Assembly (NCBI RefSeq): GCF_964355755.1 | Contig: NC_092675.1 | Span: 20,990,912-21,054,911 of the forward strand | DNA length: 64,000 bases | Direction of reading: 5' to 3' | Origin: Antedon mediterranea | Taxonomy: Eukaryota > Animalia > Echinodermata | In this document: piece after piece, positions 1 to 13,378 of the stretch | How positions within the stretch are numbered: position 1 is the stretch's first letter | Layout: each line of letters begins with the position of its first letter | Made by a program: the position numbers and the translations under genes | Notes under the pieces: generated by a model | The model's database searches: none | Seen by the model: the letters and a program-made list of their open reading frames with translations, nothing else | What the model was told of the DNA's origin: nothing

Positions 1-686
1 TTGTAATGCAAGGAAACTTCATAAAAAATAATCAGGCAGGTATTATTAATATTAAAAAGAAATTTAAAAAATGTAAATGAAATACAGTACTGTAATTGCA
101 TTCGTGAAAAGCATGGCATACATTTGATGTAAACAAAATGGAAACATCAAAATGATAATACTATTTTATACATCTTTCTTTCTTGTTGTTTTTAAAACAT
201 TAAACATTAAAAAAATCATTAAATTTGGGCTGTTGGTCTCAAGTTGGGCTGTTTTGTTTCTTCCATTGGTTTACGCAAAGGATTATAATGTTTTAGGTAT
301 CAAAACTTAAAATATAAGTACAATGGTTGGTGTGAGGAATTGTATTGAAGAGCCACACACAGATTGTTTACTGCTGTAAAATCAGAAATAATTGAATAAG
401 AGATATGGGTGGATGCAGGGATGGAATGGGCGGGGGTTAGGAAAGGGAAAGCAGGGTCCAAACCCACCCCTTTCCTTTACATTACATAACCTTTTCTTTG
501 ACTTGATAGAAAAAAAATATTAAAATTATCACAATAAAACTTACAGTACATCAATTACATTTTCATTCAACACATTTTCATGACCAATCCAATACCAATT
601 TTTATCAAATTACATATACTGTACTTAAAAAATCAATGATTATAGAAAATTATAAAAATGCTGTTCTCACATCAATTTGGTATCAT

Positions 687-3600
687 TCACTTTTGGTCTT
701 TTTTATTTGAAACCTGAAAGAATAAATGTACAACATATGTTACCAGTGAATGTCAAGAAAACTGGCATTTATCAATCTTTCAAAGATAGCTAATCAGTGC
801 CCAAGTTCCGGACTGAAAATGTCTGGTTTTGTGTAGGCCTACTCCAGCTGAATTTCTTACCCCTTTGTCATAATACCCAGTAAGTTCAATTGATACAAAT
901 TAGATAATAAAACTTCTTGATAAAGAACACACTTTGCAGTATATGATAAAAAACGACAGCTTGAAGTTAAAGTTTTCTTACCTTAGAGCCTGTAGCAACG
1001 CTGTCAACAAACATACTAGGAATGTCGTTTCCAAAGTAGATCTTGTTAGTTGATGCTATCGATTGGTATCTGATCAATTCAAGGTACTCTGGTGTTAGTT
1101 TAAGCTGAAAACAAAACATAGACAAATATTCTTTTAACACCATTTATAACATATATTTTATTCTAATCTGTTTATATACAGTTTATATTTATTAAAAAAT
1201 ATAAAATATACTACAAGATGAAGGTGTACTAATTAATTTTTTGTTGTTGTATGCATACACTTGAGAACTAGTCAGTGGCGTAACATAGAGACCTGAGGCC
1301 CCAAGGTATCCTAAGTTTCTCAGGCGTTTTTTGAGCTTTTTCCAACATATTTCAATGCCTATTTTTTCCTCTGGGCACTGCTCACAGGCCCCAATAAGCT
1401 CAGGGGCCCCTGGGTTTAGACAGTGAGCGCTCATATAACTAGAACGGGGCCACTGTAACTAGTGTTGTACCACGTACCACACATATGGTGTTAAAGAGTT
1501 GCTTTGAACCATTGTGAAAAGCACAGTTGTCCAATGATAGGATATCAAGCAGAAGATTCCGGGTTTGAATCTTGGTTGAGGTAGCTTTTTCTCATACTCA
1601 CAAACTTCCTAATATTACCATTTAAAAGTAATTTAAAGACTGAGCAGTTTAGAGCTTCTTTATGCTGGTCAATTAAAAGACATATATTTATAAATTATTC
1701 TTGGTTGGATAATCCATTTTATAAAAGGATTTTCTAACCAATTATTGAATTATCTCTCATTGGCATCAGCAAAAAACAGAAATGCAATTTATATAACCTG
1801 CATATGAACTTTCTTTGAACCTATCACAGTACTGGGTATGGAATGCAGTGATATACTATCAATATTTTACTTAAAGTTACACAATAAAGGTCACCAATAA
1901 TGATAGTGTACAATTACTTTCATATCAGTAACTTAAAAATGTTTTTAAAAAAGTTTTTGAAAACATCTGTTGAACACTTTGGATTACCACATTCGAATAT
2001 AATGCCATTTTTTAATTAGGCGATGTTCACATCAATGTAGTTATGGCGTTTTTTAGTGTACGATACTGATAGCAAGGTCAAGGTCATAAACCAAATAGAA
2101 AAAACAGACACAGATAATGCCTATTGTTACAAAGCTCTTTCAATCAGATGCGTCATGTTATCCTCATACAAAATGTTCTGATAGGACAGAACTCTGAATT
2201 ACCACATTCTCTTTTATCAGCATGTGCCAAAAATCTGTAAATTAATCTCTTTTATCTGCATGTGCCGAAAACCATGGTGTGGCGGCTATCTGCACATTTC
2301 ACCATGCATAAATTACCGTAGTTCCTCGGGTATAATCCCACCTCGAGTATAATCCCACCCCCAACTTTACGATTACCTTCGCACGCAAGCATATCCCCGG
2401 GCAAAGTCCCAGTGTATAATTTATCATTAGGACAGAGGTAGGCCTAGCTAGCTAGGCCGACGTCGATTTTTTTTAAAGAAATTCTCACCAAAAAATAGAG
2501 TAATTTCTCTGAATTCGGCTGACTTAAAACTCATCAAACATTGGCCATCGTAAAGTTGAATACAACCTTAATATCATCGCCCCGATCTTCGCGTTCTGCA
2601 CATCATGAATTCGCCGCACACTCGCTCGCCGTGTACATTCTGCATGCCTTGTTTACACTACTGCATGCTTGATTACAATAAAAAAAACACCGCCCTCTAT
2701 ACCGACCGGAGCAGTACTGTAGTTCGTGTCACATGCAACAACATGCGATTTGCACAGAGCTCGGGCGTGGGGAATCGGGAGAGACGGAGAACTCGTATGA
2801 GTTATGTCGATATTATTTAGGAAGCCAGGCCCAGATCACATTTTAGGGTATTTTTTAAGTAGAAATCTGGGAGAAAATCTATACAGTAGGCATAGACCAA
2901 TTAGGCCGCCTAGGCCTAGATGACCTGGCAGTCTAATGTCTAGGCCTACATCGGAATATAGCTTTAGATAGCTTAAATCGTAGCCAGAAGAAATATTGTC
3001 ATTTTCAGTTCATGCACCGGGAAATCCCCGGGTATAGTCCCACCTCCCAAATTCGGGCAAATTTCACGTACAAGGGGGGTGGGATTATACCCGGGGAACT
3101 ACGGTATATTGTTTTCTATCAGCACAGTCAACCGTGCCTATAGGAAATAATATTACACGCATGGTTTGACAATCAGTGTGAACAGGGCCTTAGTGTCAAA
3201 TGTCAGACAGCCATGCTGTTAATATATTATTTTAACTATAAACACTATATTGTTGTATACAAACCTTGTTAGCTTCTGCCTCTTTGTTGGCTCTGTAAAA
3301 CTCAGAATCGGCTTGTGATTTTACTCGAGCAAAATTTGACGTATCTAAGAAAAATGGTAACAATGTTTTTAAAATGCCTACTTATGCCTATCGTATTGCA
3401 CAAAAATATCAACATTTTGACGAAAATCTGACAAAAATACAATCAATACAATCTATTTATCTCATCACAATGTAGTGTATATACAAACACACATCACAAT
3501 TTTTACCTCTTTTCTAACAAAATATTCAAAAACTAAAAGTCAAAGTTGACAAAGATTGACTTCTTCATCAGTACTTTCAATGAATGGACGACTAGTTGGG

Positions 3601-6600
3601 AACATCAATGCTAGGCCATAACCAGTCGTACTTTAGGCCAATTTACACAGACAAGTACTAATAGTAATAACAATATAGAATCTGTTATTCCTTATGCTCA
3701 TTTACACAAAGTGCAGAGCGGATGTGCAGTTTCTCCCAAGGATGGATACAGATTCTACATTGGACAAGCTATGCGGTTTTCCCCTTACAGCTGTGTAAAT
3801 TGGCCTTTAAGTAGGTTCTAATGGTAAATAAGTCAATAATGTCCAAATTTTCAGGTTTAAAAATTCCTTTTTTCTTTTAACTTTTAGGATAGTAAAAAAG
3901 GAAATTAATTCTCTTTTGATCAATAAAAATTACCTTCAATTTCTGATACCCTTTTTTGGCTTTCTTTCTCCATAATTTGTTGATCAAGCTGAATCTTAGT
4001 AACTTGCGCAACCTTTTCCGCTTCAATGATTGCCTTTTTTCTATCGGTTTCAGCTTCCTTTTCAACAACCTTTTGATGTTGATGAGCAATTAACAGTTTG
4101 GTTTTCTCATTCTCCCTGTTTTATAACACAAATATTTTTACTGTATCTATGTTTCAAATCATTCATATAATTCTACTCATTGTAATAATTTATTCAATAT
4201 TTGTTTAAATGCAGGTGGTTTGATCAAAGCCATTCAAGTTGGTATCTGTTTGTGTTTCACATCAGTAACTTGGCAAGTTGAACACACTTTAGGCCTACAG
4301 CTTGGTAAAAAATGAATTTATGAAATCAAGCCTGGCCATACAAGAGAGGGAGCTATACAAATGTAAACATATATCAAACTATAGAGGGTGCTACATCAAA
4401 ATCATAAAGTCTACCTCTGTCTCAATAATATTAATTTATACATTAACGGAATGGTTTTATTATATCAAAATAATGAGGATAAATCCTTAGCGGGAGATGA
4501 AGATTTCCTCGAATTATCCGGAGACTCTTGAAAATTCTGGGTAAACTAACCAACCTGGTCAAGCAAGTTTAACAAAAGTTGCTGTTTGTACTTGATTTGA
4601 CTTCCGGGTAAATTAAACTTAATCTAGTGAGATACTGAATGTTTTATAAAATCAACATACTCAGCAATACAGAGAATTTCCAACTTACATTGATTCATAG
4701 TTTTTACGAATGACCTCTGGAATTTTTGGCTTTGTCACTCGAACTGCCTGTAATCAGAAAATATAGATTCATAAAATAATCATAAACCTCCATACATTTT
4801 ACATAAGTTTTTTTCAGTGGAAGCAATAATTTATAGATTCACGTTTCTCGAGTAGTTTATACCTGCCAACTTTTTAAGTGGCCAATGCGCGAGACATTGA
4901 ATGAAAATTATATATAGCACCCTCTATGTACGAAATATGCCCTCTATGATTTATTTTTTGACGTATTGAGTTTGCTTTCCTGTACTGTACTACATCAACC
5001 AACAAAAAATAAACATAGGCCTAGGCTAATTATGCTAAAATTAATTAAATAATGTGCAGTCCTAGGCTATTTTCCTACAAAATAGGCAAGTTAATTTCAA
5101 AATAATGTTTTTTCTAAATATTTTTATGGATGCGTGGGAAATAGCCACATACAAGTGAGGCATCAAAAATCGGGCCACATGCATGAGAATCACGCATTAT
5201 GTGTGAGAGTTGGCAGGTATACCAGTTATTGATGTAGTTAAAACATCATTTAGAATTCTCAAATGTATTCACCTGAATTCGGAGTCCAGGAGCCATTTCA
5301 ACCAAGTCTAACTGCAAAGCCTTCTTTAGATTTTCATCAATTTGATCTGAATAAACAAAATAATAAATAAAAGCAAGAAAAATGAATCACTAATGTATAA
5401 AAATGTGTTTTACAAAATTTATTGGGTTTTTTTTTCAATTTATATACCTTTTTACTTAAAATGTCACAAATTGACAAATAAAAAACAATTTCATATATTT
5501 TAGTGAATTTTCTCATTTCTTTCTCATTGTCTTTAATATTTTTGTGAAAATAATGAATTAATAGTTTTCCTACTATACTAATTACAAAACCAGTTTAACA
5601 AGCGCAAATGCAATCAAATTACATTATTAATTTATTAGTAAACTTTCATCATCACTTTCCCTTTGTTTTCATTACTTGAACACTTTCTTTTGTTTTTAGG
5701 AATCTATTGTGTGAAGCCAGTGGAGCAGAGTATTGTGTTGCAGAGAATGATGGTGTGGAGGTCTCTGATTGCTGGAGAAGTATAACAGTTAAGACCAAAA
5801 ATTGTACAAACAGCAAGATAGTATGTTGGACCAACAGGCCAACCTACAGGTCCACAACAGACTTACCAAAAAGTTCAATGTAAACCTCTTGTAGATTGTG
5901 TGCGCTACAAAACTGGTTCAATTCATGATGAACTTTGTTAAAAATCAATGCTTTATCATAATCTGCAGTGTAGTTCCTGACAACATCATATACTGTATAT
6001 AAAAAAACATATTGACAATGTCAAAAGAATTTATCAATACTGTATTGATATATTCTATTAAGGTAAGATTATGTCAAACTCAACTGGGTAATGAAGTATG
6101 AAAGTAATGAACAGTTGTGAAAAATATGTAAAAATATAATAATATGTATATTTCTTACTAACCTTTCTCAGCAGAAAGAATATTTACAACTTCTATTCTA
6201 TCAAAATATATCATCACTCCACCACTGAAAGCCAAGGGTATACGATCTCAATTATCAAAAGCATATTAAAAATTAAAATATAAAAGACTAGTACAATAAA
6301 GAACAAATATGCCACCATGTCACGATTAAATATTTTGGCATTATCATTATCAGTACTTATAATAAATCAGAGCACTACTGTACATATTTATATTACATCA
6401 CTTGTAACATGACAGAGGTGGGATTTCTGTCATAAGTGAGCAAGGGCGTCAACCACTAAGCTTTGATACAACTAAACTAAGCAGTATATATATTTTTCAT
6501 TAGGTTAAAATGTTATATACCTGGTGCCACATGGGACATTTTTCACTTCATCTGTTTGTAATGTTGTCTAAAAGAAAAATAAAACGTAAGAAATACATAG

Positions 6601-9062
6601 AAAGCAAGGTACAGGATATCATATTTAGACAAACATTTTAATTCAGCTGTTCACTTGGAGTTATTGCAATAGACCACCATGTCGCATGTCAAATTTACAG
6701 TAGGTGTGTCATAAAACCAATAATGAATGTTTTGTATTCGTTGTGAATGGAGAGAATATTTCATGAGTTGTGGAGCACTTTGGCGCAGTGGGTGGTTAGA
6801 GCATTGGACTTGAGGATGGTTCAAGCCCCGGCCCGGTCATTGCAGTGTTGAGTCCTTGAGCAAGATTCTTTATCCACATTGTTCCTCCCCATCCAGGTGA
6901 TAGAAATGGGTACCAGTATTTAAAAAGTACTGGGAAGGTAAATCAGACTCAGACGTTTGTGCGAGAGGAGTGGCGTACTCCCCACAAACTTACATTACAC
7001 ACTAGCCCAAATGCTAAAGAAATGGAGATGCGCACCACAGCCGTTAGCATTAGCTTAGGTTTTGACTATACCTATATAACTTTGCTACGTCTCATACTCA
7101 ATCTTTCAGCTCATGAAATATTCTCTCCACTCCACTCATAAACATTCATTACTATGTCTATTAATATAACTATAATTATATTTATATAATTATATATATT
7201 TTTTATTTTAATTTTATTTAACCTTATTTATAGATGGTGACCCTAAACAGCGTATGCTGAAAATCAAGGGGCCCTCATGAGTTATGTTTAGTGTCTGTGT
7301 TTGACAGTGGCATGTATACTACTGTAGCACACCGGGGTAACCCTCTCCTCATCCCGAAAGATGTGCTACTGTAGGTTCTTTAAAGTGCACATGAGCCAGA
7401 TGTGTACATTCATTATTTGTATACCATGCTTGACTATTAACAAAAAGCATAAAAGATAAGAGGGTTAACAATTACCTGTACACTCCTAAATGATGTGAGG
7501 AAAGGAACCATCATGTGGAAACCAGGTGGACTAGTTGAGTGCAGTAAAGCACCTCCCTATAAACATTCAAGAAGGTAAAACAAATAGTAAATATAATATT
7601 TAAATTATTAATGTGGTCACATCATGTTTTTTTGTCACATAAAGTTTGATAGTATAGACATAGCTTTACAATACCTTCAAATAAGCACATTTGAATTTTA
7701 AAATAAAAGCAATCACAAAAAAAAAAAACCTTGGGCGGATTGTTTTGTGAAGACTTTGTTTTAGATTTAAGTCTGTCTTAGATCTAAACTCTAGACCTTG
7801 CAATAAGTATTATGTTAGACTACTTCAAATTCTTTACAATACAGTGATCTTATACCCTTTTCACACCTGCAAAAAGTAACAACTTTTAACTAGGTTTGCA
7901 TAGTGTGAATACAATTTTCGGGAAATTCTCCCAAGATTTCACAAGGCACCCCTGGAATAAATAAAATAAGATGTTCTGAGATGTCCCGAGTTGTGACTGT
8001 GCACGTGTATCGCTCTGGTATTAAACTGACCAATCATAGTAACCAAATACCGTGCAACTATGCTTTCTCCTGAGATTTTTCACGTTTTGCATATGCGTGT
8101 ATGAAAAAACGTGTAATAAATTGGGAGAGCAAACCTGGTTACAACTCATTACAAGTTCTAACAATGTATGCAGATGTGAAAAAACCTTAATGTACAGTGT
8201 ACATTAAGGCCAGTGTAAAAACCTTAATTAAGCTACTACACCTTTTGCCTTTACTATAAGTATAGCCAAGAATATCAAAATAATTAATAATAAAAATGTA
8301 TAAAAGAACTATATTGATCTAGATTTAATAGGTTATTGTTATTCAAAATACTACAGTAATTCAGAATACAAAATATAAAGTACAAAATTAATGAAAATGT
8401 AAATAATCAAACAACTAGGAGATCACTAATTAAAAAGCTAGACTTCATATCCCAACAAGTATTATCTGTGAACCTGTTAGGGTTATAAAATATTACAATA
8501 GTACATTTTTTAAACATATAAATTAATGTGCCAATTAAGGAACATTAAAAAAGTTATTTGATTAATATTATTAAATTTTACAAAATGAATTTGAATATTC
8601 TACTTACCCTATAATATACACCAATATGACCTGTAACAAAAAAACAAATTATTAATGTATATTATTTCTTAAAATGTTTCCATATATAATTGCTGGTTGC
8701 AGTATACTGTATTGATTAGATAGAAACATTTAACTTTAAAGGATGATGTCATCATGACAATAATCGATTGCATGACAGCGTAACAGTTGCGAACTTGTTC
8801 GATTGATTGTAATTTGCAATTGGAAACATAAACATATACAGTATTACACAGTACACACTTAATGGACTTCATCTAACAGATCTTGGAAAACACAGCGCTT
8901 TGAAACCTTTGTCTCTTGCGCTTTATAAATGTTATTTATTATTATTATTATTATTAACCCTTATTTCAATATCTCACCTTCATCAATTTTATGAACTGCA
9001 AAATTGACAATAATACCAGCTAGTGCAACACACACTACGAGGACGATTTCTGCAAGACCCAT
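687..9062 (-). CDS. ERLIN: Erlin (ER lipid-raft SPFH/band-7 protein), 12 coding exons, about 322 aa
   Basis: Phase-consistent GT-AG exons: 8978-9062, 8608-8630, 7476-7556, 6521-6567, 6163-6224, 5867-5992, 5273-5346, 4689-4747, 3934-4115, 3265-3344, 982-1104, 687-713. Translation [41 protein letters not shown]...[30 protein letters not shown]...[24 protein letters not shown]...[11 protein letters not shown]...[10 protein letters not shown]...KIYFG is the Erlin-1/2 signature. Confidence 0.96.
2019..3189. mobile_element. PIF/Harbinger-like MITE in an ERLIN intron, containing a nested insertion
   Basis: Imperfect TIRs GGCGATGTTCACA...TGTGAACAGGGCC with TTA on both sides. Confidence 0.55.
2316..3104. 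mobile_element. Tc2/pogo-like (Tc1-mariner) MITE
   Basis: TIRs CCGTAGTTCCTCGGGTATAATCCCACC...GGTGGGATTATACCCGGGGAACTACGG, TA TSD, subterminal repeats of the TATAATCCCACC motif. Confidence 0.8.
3635..3806. mobile_element. Short Harbinger-like MITE with the same termini as 41627-42245
   Basis: TIRs AGGCCAATTTACACAG...CTGTGTAAATTGGCCT. Confidence 0.7.
4858..5221. mobile_element. MITE, possibly hAT-like
   Basis: 14-bp TIRs TATACCTGCCAACT...AGTTGGCAGGTATA. No clear TSD. Confidence 0.55.
6772..7075 (+). mobile_element. tRNA-derived SINE inserted into a palindromic element
   Basis: A-box-like TGGCGCAGTGG and B-box-like GGTTCAAGCCC, followed by a GTCCTTGAGCAAG central domain. The flanks 6719-6770 and 7107-7152 are inverted copies of each other. 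Confidence 0.65.
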
Positions 9063-9654
9063 TCTGAAAGAATATTCATAATAAAAATGTAAAGTAAAAA
9101 CTCAAAACTAGATTTTAAAAATATAACAATAGAGATAATTTGCATTCAGCAAGCTAAAAAATAGGATTGAACTCTTTTGAAGATATGCTGGCACCCTTAG
9201 CATTAAACCATTGGGGCTTTCATAGTGTGATTTATGCAATTGTCAATTGTATGACCCACTATAAGACCCCTGGGAGAGGTTCGTCATTTGTCCAATGTGC
9301 GTCATATCTTATGAATACCACTGCATGAAAAAAGTGACTTACCTTTAGGTATAACCATGGAGGTATAAACCTCTATGGTATAAACAAGATGCGCCCATTT
9401 TGAAGAACAATTGACATGCACACACCATTGTTTATTGATGTGATGTACCATTTAGGTTTTTTTAATTACAGTATTTGCAAATGATCCCTGACCCATGACT
9501 CACCTCTCCCGGGGGCTGTACTGTATTGTATAGTGGGACATACATTATTAGATCATTCTTCTTACAGTACACTCAGCATGGTACAGTTGAACTGTATGTA
9601 TGCATGTGAAACAAATAGGCCTAGACACACTTGTCACGTGACTCGTCCCTTTAA

Positions 9655-10285
9655 AGACACCTTCCCTACAATTTGTGACGATTAAAAAAAATAATACATA
9701 TATATTACTTTAAAAACATTAAACCAGGTCATTCCTTGTCTTAAATGTACGTTTTATGGTAATTTATGATAAAAAGTGAGAAACAATGCACTACCCAAGT
9801 AGCTCGCTGCGACTGACCTCTCGAGGACGATCTTTAGGCCTAGCCTAGCTAGGCTTAGTTTTGTAGGCCTAGGTGGTAAACATCGGTAACGTACGAACAT
9901 CGTACGCTATCTATATACCTAGCCTGACGTTGTATAGTTGCTGCATTAATTGTCTTTCTATTTTTGCCAGACTCCGTTGATACAAATTGGAGAAAACCCG
10001 GTATTTTCGCTGAAAAGTTAGGAGTTTTCCATTTGTTTTGGCCTTACGATCGATCAAAAAATGGGTGAATTACAGAAGAAAAACAGAAATATCAATCCGC
10101 GTGCAATGCATTTTGGGATTTATAGCGGGACGCTATAATTATTAAAATCGACTTATTTTTCACATTTTGAACCATTAAAGACGAAAGAGGTTATCGCAAT
10201 AGGACCATATCGTATTATTTTTATATTAAATATAGGCCTAGTTTGTGATCTTAAAATAGATCTAAAAAACATAGGGAAGGTGTCT
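9655..10285. mobile_element. Kolobok-like MITE with TTAA target site in ERLIN intron 1
   Basis: TTAA|AGACACCTTCCCTA...TAGGGAAGGTGTCT|TTAA. Confidence 0.8.
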
Positions 10286-10673
10286 TTAATTTAAGCCTTT
10301 TTTCCAGTTGACGACGGTCAGTTGCGTTGAGGTAACCAGATTTAACAATTTTTACAAGAAAAGGGCGTAAAAATAAATGCTACAAATCGTTAATTACATA
10401 CAGTTGTTGAAGTTGTATAGCGAGTTAGGCCGGCCTTAGCTAGAGGGACAGCTAGAGAGGCCTAGCTAGGGAAAGGCTTAGGAGGTAATGCGGCCGAGAA
10501 ATGAACCGCGGCCGATACGAACTTTCTGTGTGTGTGATCAGCGAGTGACTAAGCACATAACCTAACTAAAGTTGTTAGTGTTACTGTTGGCTAGTGTTTT
10601 AATGTTAGTAGCCTCTACCTATTCTAGACCTTTGGCTGGGGCAGTGGTAATTATAAAAGCAGTTTAACCTTAC

Positions 10674-10850
10674 CGTAACTTTGTTCCAAGTATTTATATT
10701 AAAATGATTAATATTTATTGTGATCAATTTTAACACGACGCCTTTCTTTCTTCACACAAAAACAGCATGCAAACAACCACAACCACCACCAAGAGAAGAC
10801 ATACACACCGCCCGCAGTCGGCTGGTGGTGCATTCTGTAGTTTTATTCTA
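10674..10850 (-). promoter_or_regulatory. Probable non-coding first exon and promoter region of ERLIN
   Basis: The first coding exon has a cag acceptor 1 nt before the ATG, so an upstream exon is required. There is a donor (gtaag) at 10673 next to a CpG-richer, pyrimidine-rich leader. The TSS is not determinable. Confidence 0.5.
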
Positions 10851-10940
10851 TTGTTGTAGGAATATCTTACTGCAGTAGTAATAGGATAACAATAATAATA
10901 CAGAGGATACTGCTTTTGAAATAATTAATACAGTATAATA

Positions 10941-11250
10941 AATTCTTTAAGAAATTGATATCTGCGTCTGCTTTTGCGACCTCCTTGTTAAGTTTCTCAA
11001 ACTGTCTAAGGTCCTACTTGGTTACTGTACTAGTCGAGGCAAAGTCATTAATGATGTGGCCAAACTTCCGAACAGAAAGTAAAATTAACACGAATTTTAT
11101 AGCAACATAAAAACTTTTAATGTCAGACTAGTACAGTAACCAATCAGGACCTTAGACAGTTTGAGAAACTTAACAAGAAGGTCGCAAAAGCAGACGCGGA
11201 TATCAATTTCTTAAAGAATTGTAAAACATTCGGCATTTTTCTCAGATTTA
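10941..11250. mobile_element. Penelope-like retroelement fragment with inverted pseudo-LTR-like arms
   Basis: 95-bp inverted arms at 10941-11035 and 11126-11220. The plus strand translates QDLRQFEKLNKKVAKADADINFLKNCKTFGIF, which resembles the N-terminus of Penelope-like ORFs (recognised from memory). Confidence 0.55.
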
Positions 11251-11849
11251 GTATAATAAATGTTCAACAAGTTTATAACTCAAATATGCCTTTATTATGT
11301 TCACTCCACATAAGCTGTATTTTATATATAATAATAATAGTTCATTCTTATATAGCGCATAATTAATATAAGCAAGCTCTCAATGCGCTGAACATTATTA
11401 CCCCCGTGATTTTTTTTGGGATCAAACACGTATGGAAACATACTCCCATATGCATCTAGTAATCAGCGCAAATTGTGTCTTGATATATCATTAAAGTTAT
11501 CAATCATAAGTGTACATACATAACAATCTTTATAAATCAAACGCCATCCACCTTCCTTCAAAATATTTGGGTTTTTTTTCGAATTTCTCTAATGTATTGT
11601 TGCTTATTGTTACCGAGGTAATAGTTTAGTTTGTCAAATTTGACAAAAAACAAAATTACTGTTTTATTTAAATACCATGGATTTTACAGTATATATTATT
11701 ATGTTTCCCATACTGAGGCTAACTAGTCCATGCGCCTACTTATTATAAACTTAATATACATATGCCAGTTAAAATAATTAATTATATAATATATAATTAT
11801 TGCGGAATATGGTTAAAAACACATTAAATTGTAATTATTACTGACTGTG

Positions 11850-12740
11850 TTAGGACTTTTCAATGTTTGAACAAACAATAGACGCTTGTAGGGCGTCTTC
11901 AATCATTTCACGACTAAAGCTCGGAAAATGTTTCAAAACTTTTGAAATTATCTGCGCATGCGTCGTCATCTCTTGCACTTCTAATTGATGTTCATCGTTT
12001 TCTACCAAAAGTACTGTATCTTTAATCGCGACGATCTTTCCCTTCTCAAATATAACACATCTCAGCTCTGTCAAAAATGGACTCGTACCGAAAGCTCCAG
12101 GCACGGTGTATATATCTCTCATAATAGGTTTAAAGACGTCCAAATCTTGAGGTGTAATGGTAATTCTTCCAAATACATGCCAAGCTTTACTGTCGATATT
12201 TACAGGAAATTCATACTTTTTGTCGTGTTTGTGATAGCGGATTATTACGTTGTCCTCACGAACAAACTTCAAATATAGAAACCCAATGTGATAAACCGGA
12301 GACTCTTCTTTAAAATCTAAAGGTATCGGGTCTGAGGAGCCATGTCCCATTCCTACGTCAACTAGATGTAGATCGCCTGGTTTGATGAGATTTCTGACCA
12401 TCACCATCACATGACTTTTATCTACATCCAATATAGCCATTTGTGCGTAGTAGACGTCATAATTTAACACATTTAGAAGTTCCTTTATAAATTGATTCAG
12501 TGCGTAGCACAAACCACCCTTCCCATCAAATATGTCCTCTTTGATCTCTTGAAATGAGGGCAGATGACGATCATCTGGTTTGGTACTAAGAGTGCGAATG
12601 GACTGAAAAGGTGCAACATGTATGAAGTTATAAAGTAGTTCTTTAAGAAGTTCAGGTCTGTTTTCTTTTAACTTGTTTTCTACCTCAGTGATACGTAGAT
12701 TGTCTTCAAGAAAACCAAGTGCTTCCTTTATACTCAACAT
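11850..12740 (-). CDS. NAT: Arylamine N-acetyltransferase family protein, 296 aa, single coding exon
   Basis: Intact Cys-His-Asp triad motifs GKGGLCYALN, SHVMVMV and LVDVGMG, plus an N-terminal PFQSI (PFEN-like) motif. A splice acceptor at 12763-12765 lies just upstream of the ATG. Confidence 0.93.
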   Translation of the reverse strand: MLSIKEALGFLEDNLRITEVENKLKENRPELLKELLYNFIHVAPFQSIRTLSTKPDDRHLPSFQEIKEDIFDGKGGLCYALNQFIKELLNVLNYDVYYAQMAILDVDKSHVMVMVRNLIKPGDLHLVDVGMGHGSSDPIPLDFKEESPVYHIGFLYLKFVREDNVIIRYHKHDKKYEFPVNIDSKAWHVFGRITITPQDLDVFKPIMRDIYTVPGAFGTSPFLTELRCVIFEKGKIVAIKDTVLLVENDEHQLEVQEMTTHAQIISKVLKHFPSFSREMIEDALQASIVCSNIEKS

Positions 12741-13378
12741 GCTTCACCAACAAAGAGACAACCTAGAATAATTAGATGTATTAATTAACATTATTCTCGA
12801 GTCTACCGGCGTCCATAGCTATAAGTAATACATAAAACTGTAAACGATATGAGGAAATTTGATTATTGGTATCAGGAAAGAATGAGAACAGAACACTGAA
12901 GATGGCAAATCAAAACCTTACCTTTCGGAAATGTAAATATGTTCTATATTAATCAATAATATTATTATTATATGAACGGAAGGCGTAGACAATTCATCCA
13001 GACTTTTTTTTTAGTTTTAGTTTTTAAATTATGTTTTTATAAAGATTTTAAAACGTATTCCAAAATCAAAATGTGATTTTGTTTATAAATCTTTTAATAT
13101 GTGTGTTTTTATAATTGTATTTTATAAGTTCGATTGTGAAAACTTATAGGCCTATTGGTGGACAATTTTATCCTACTGCTAGGGCGATGGATAATGTTAG
13201 GCGTGGTGTATTGCCACAATATGTTCTAAACATTTTTAGTAAGCATGACAACAATTATCACAATCTTAGACACAAATGCAATGAATGTACCTTTCTCAAG
13301 ACTAACTCGCGGCCAACACTTTATTCATATAAATGGGCCTAAACTTTGGAATTATTTCTGTAATAAAATTCCAAACCT

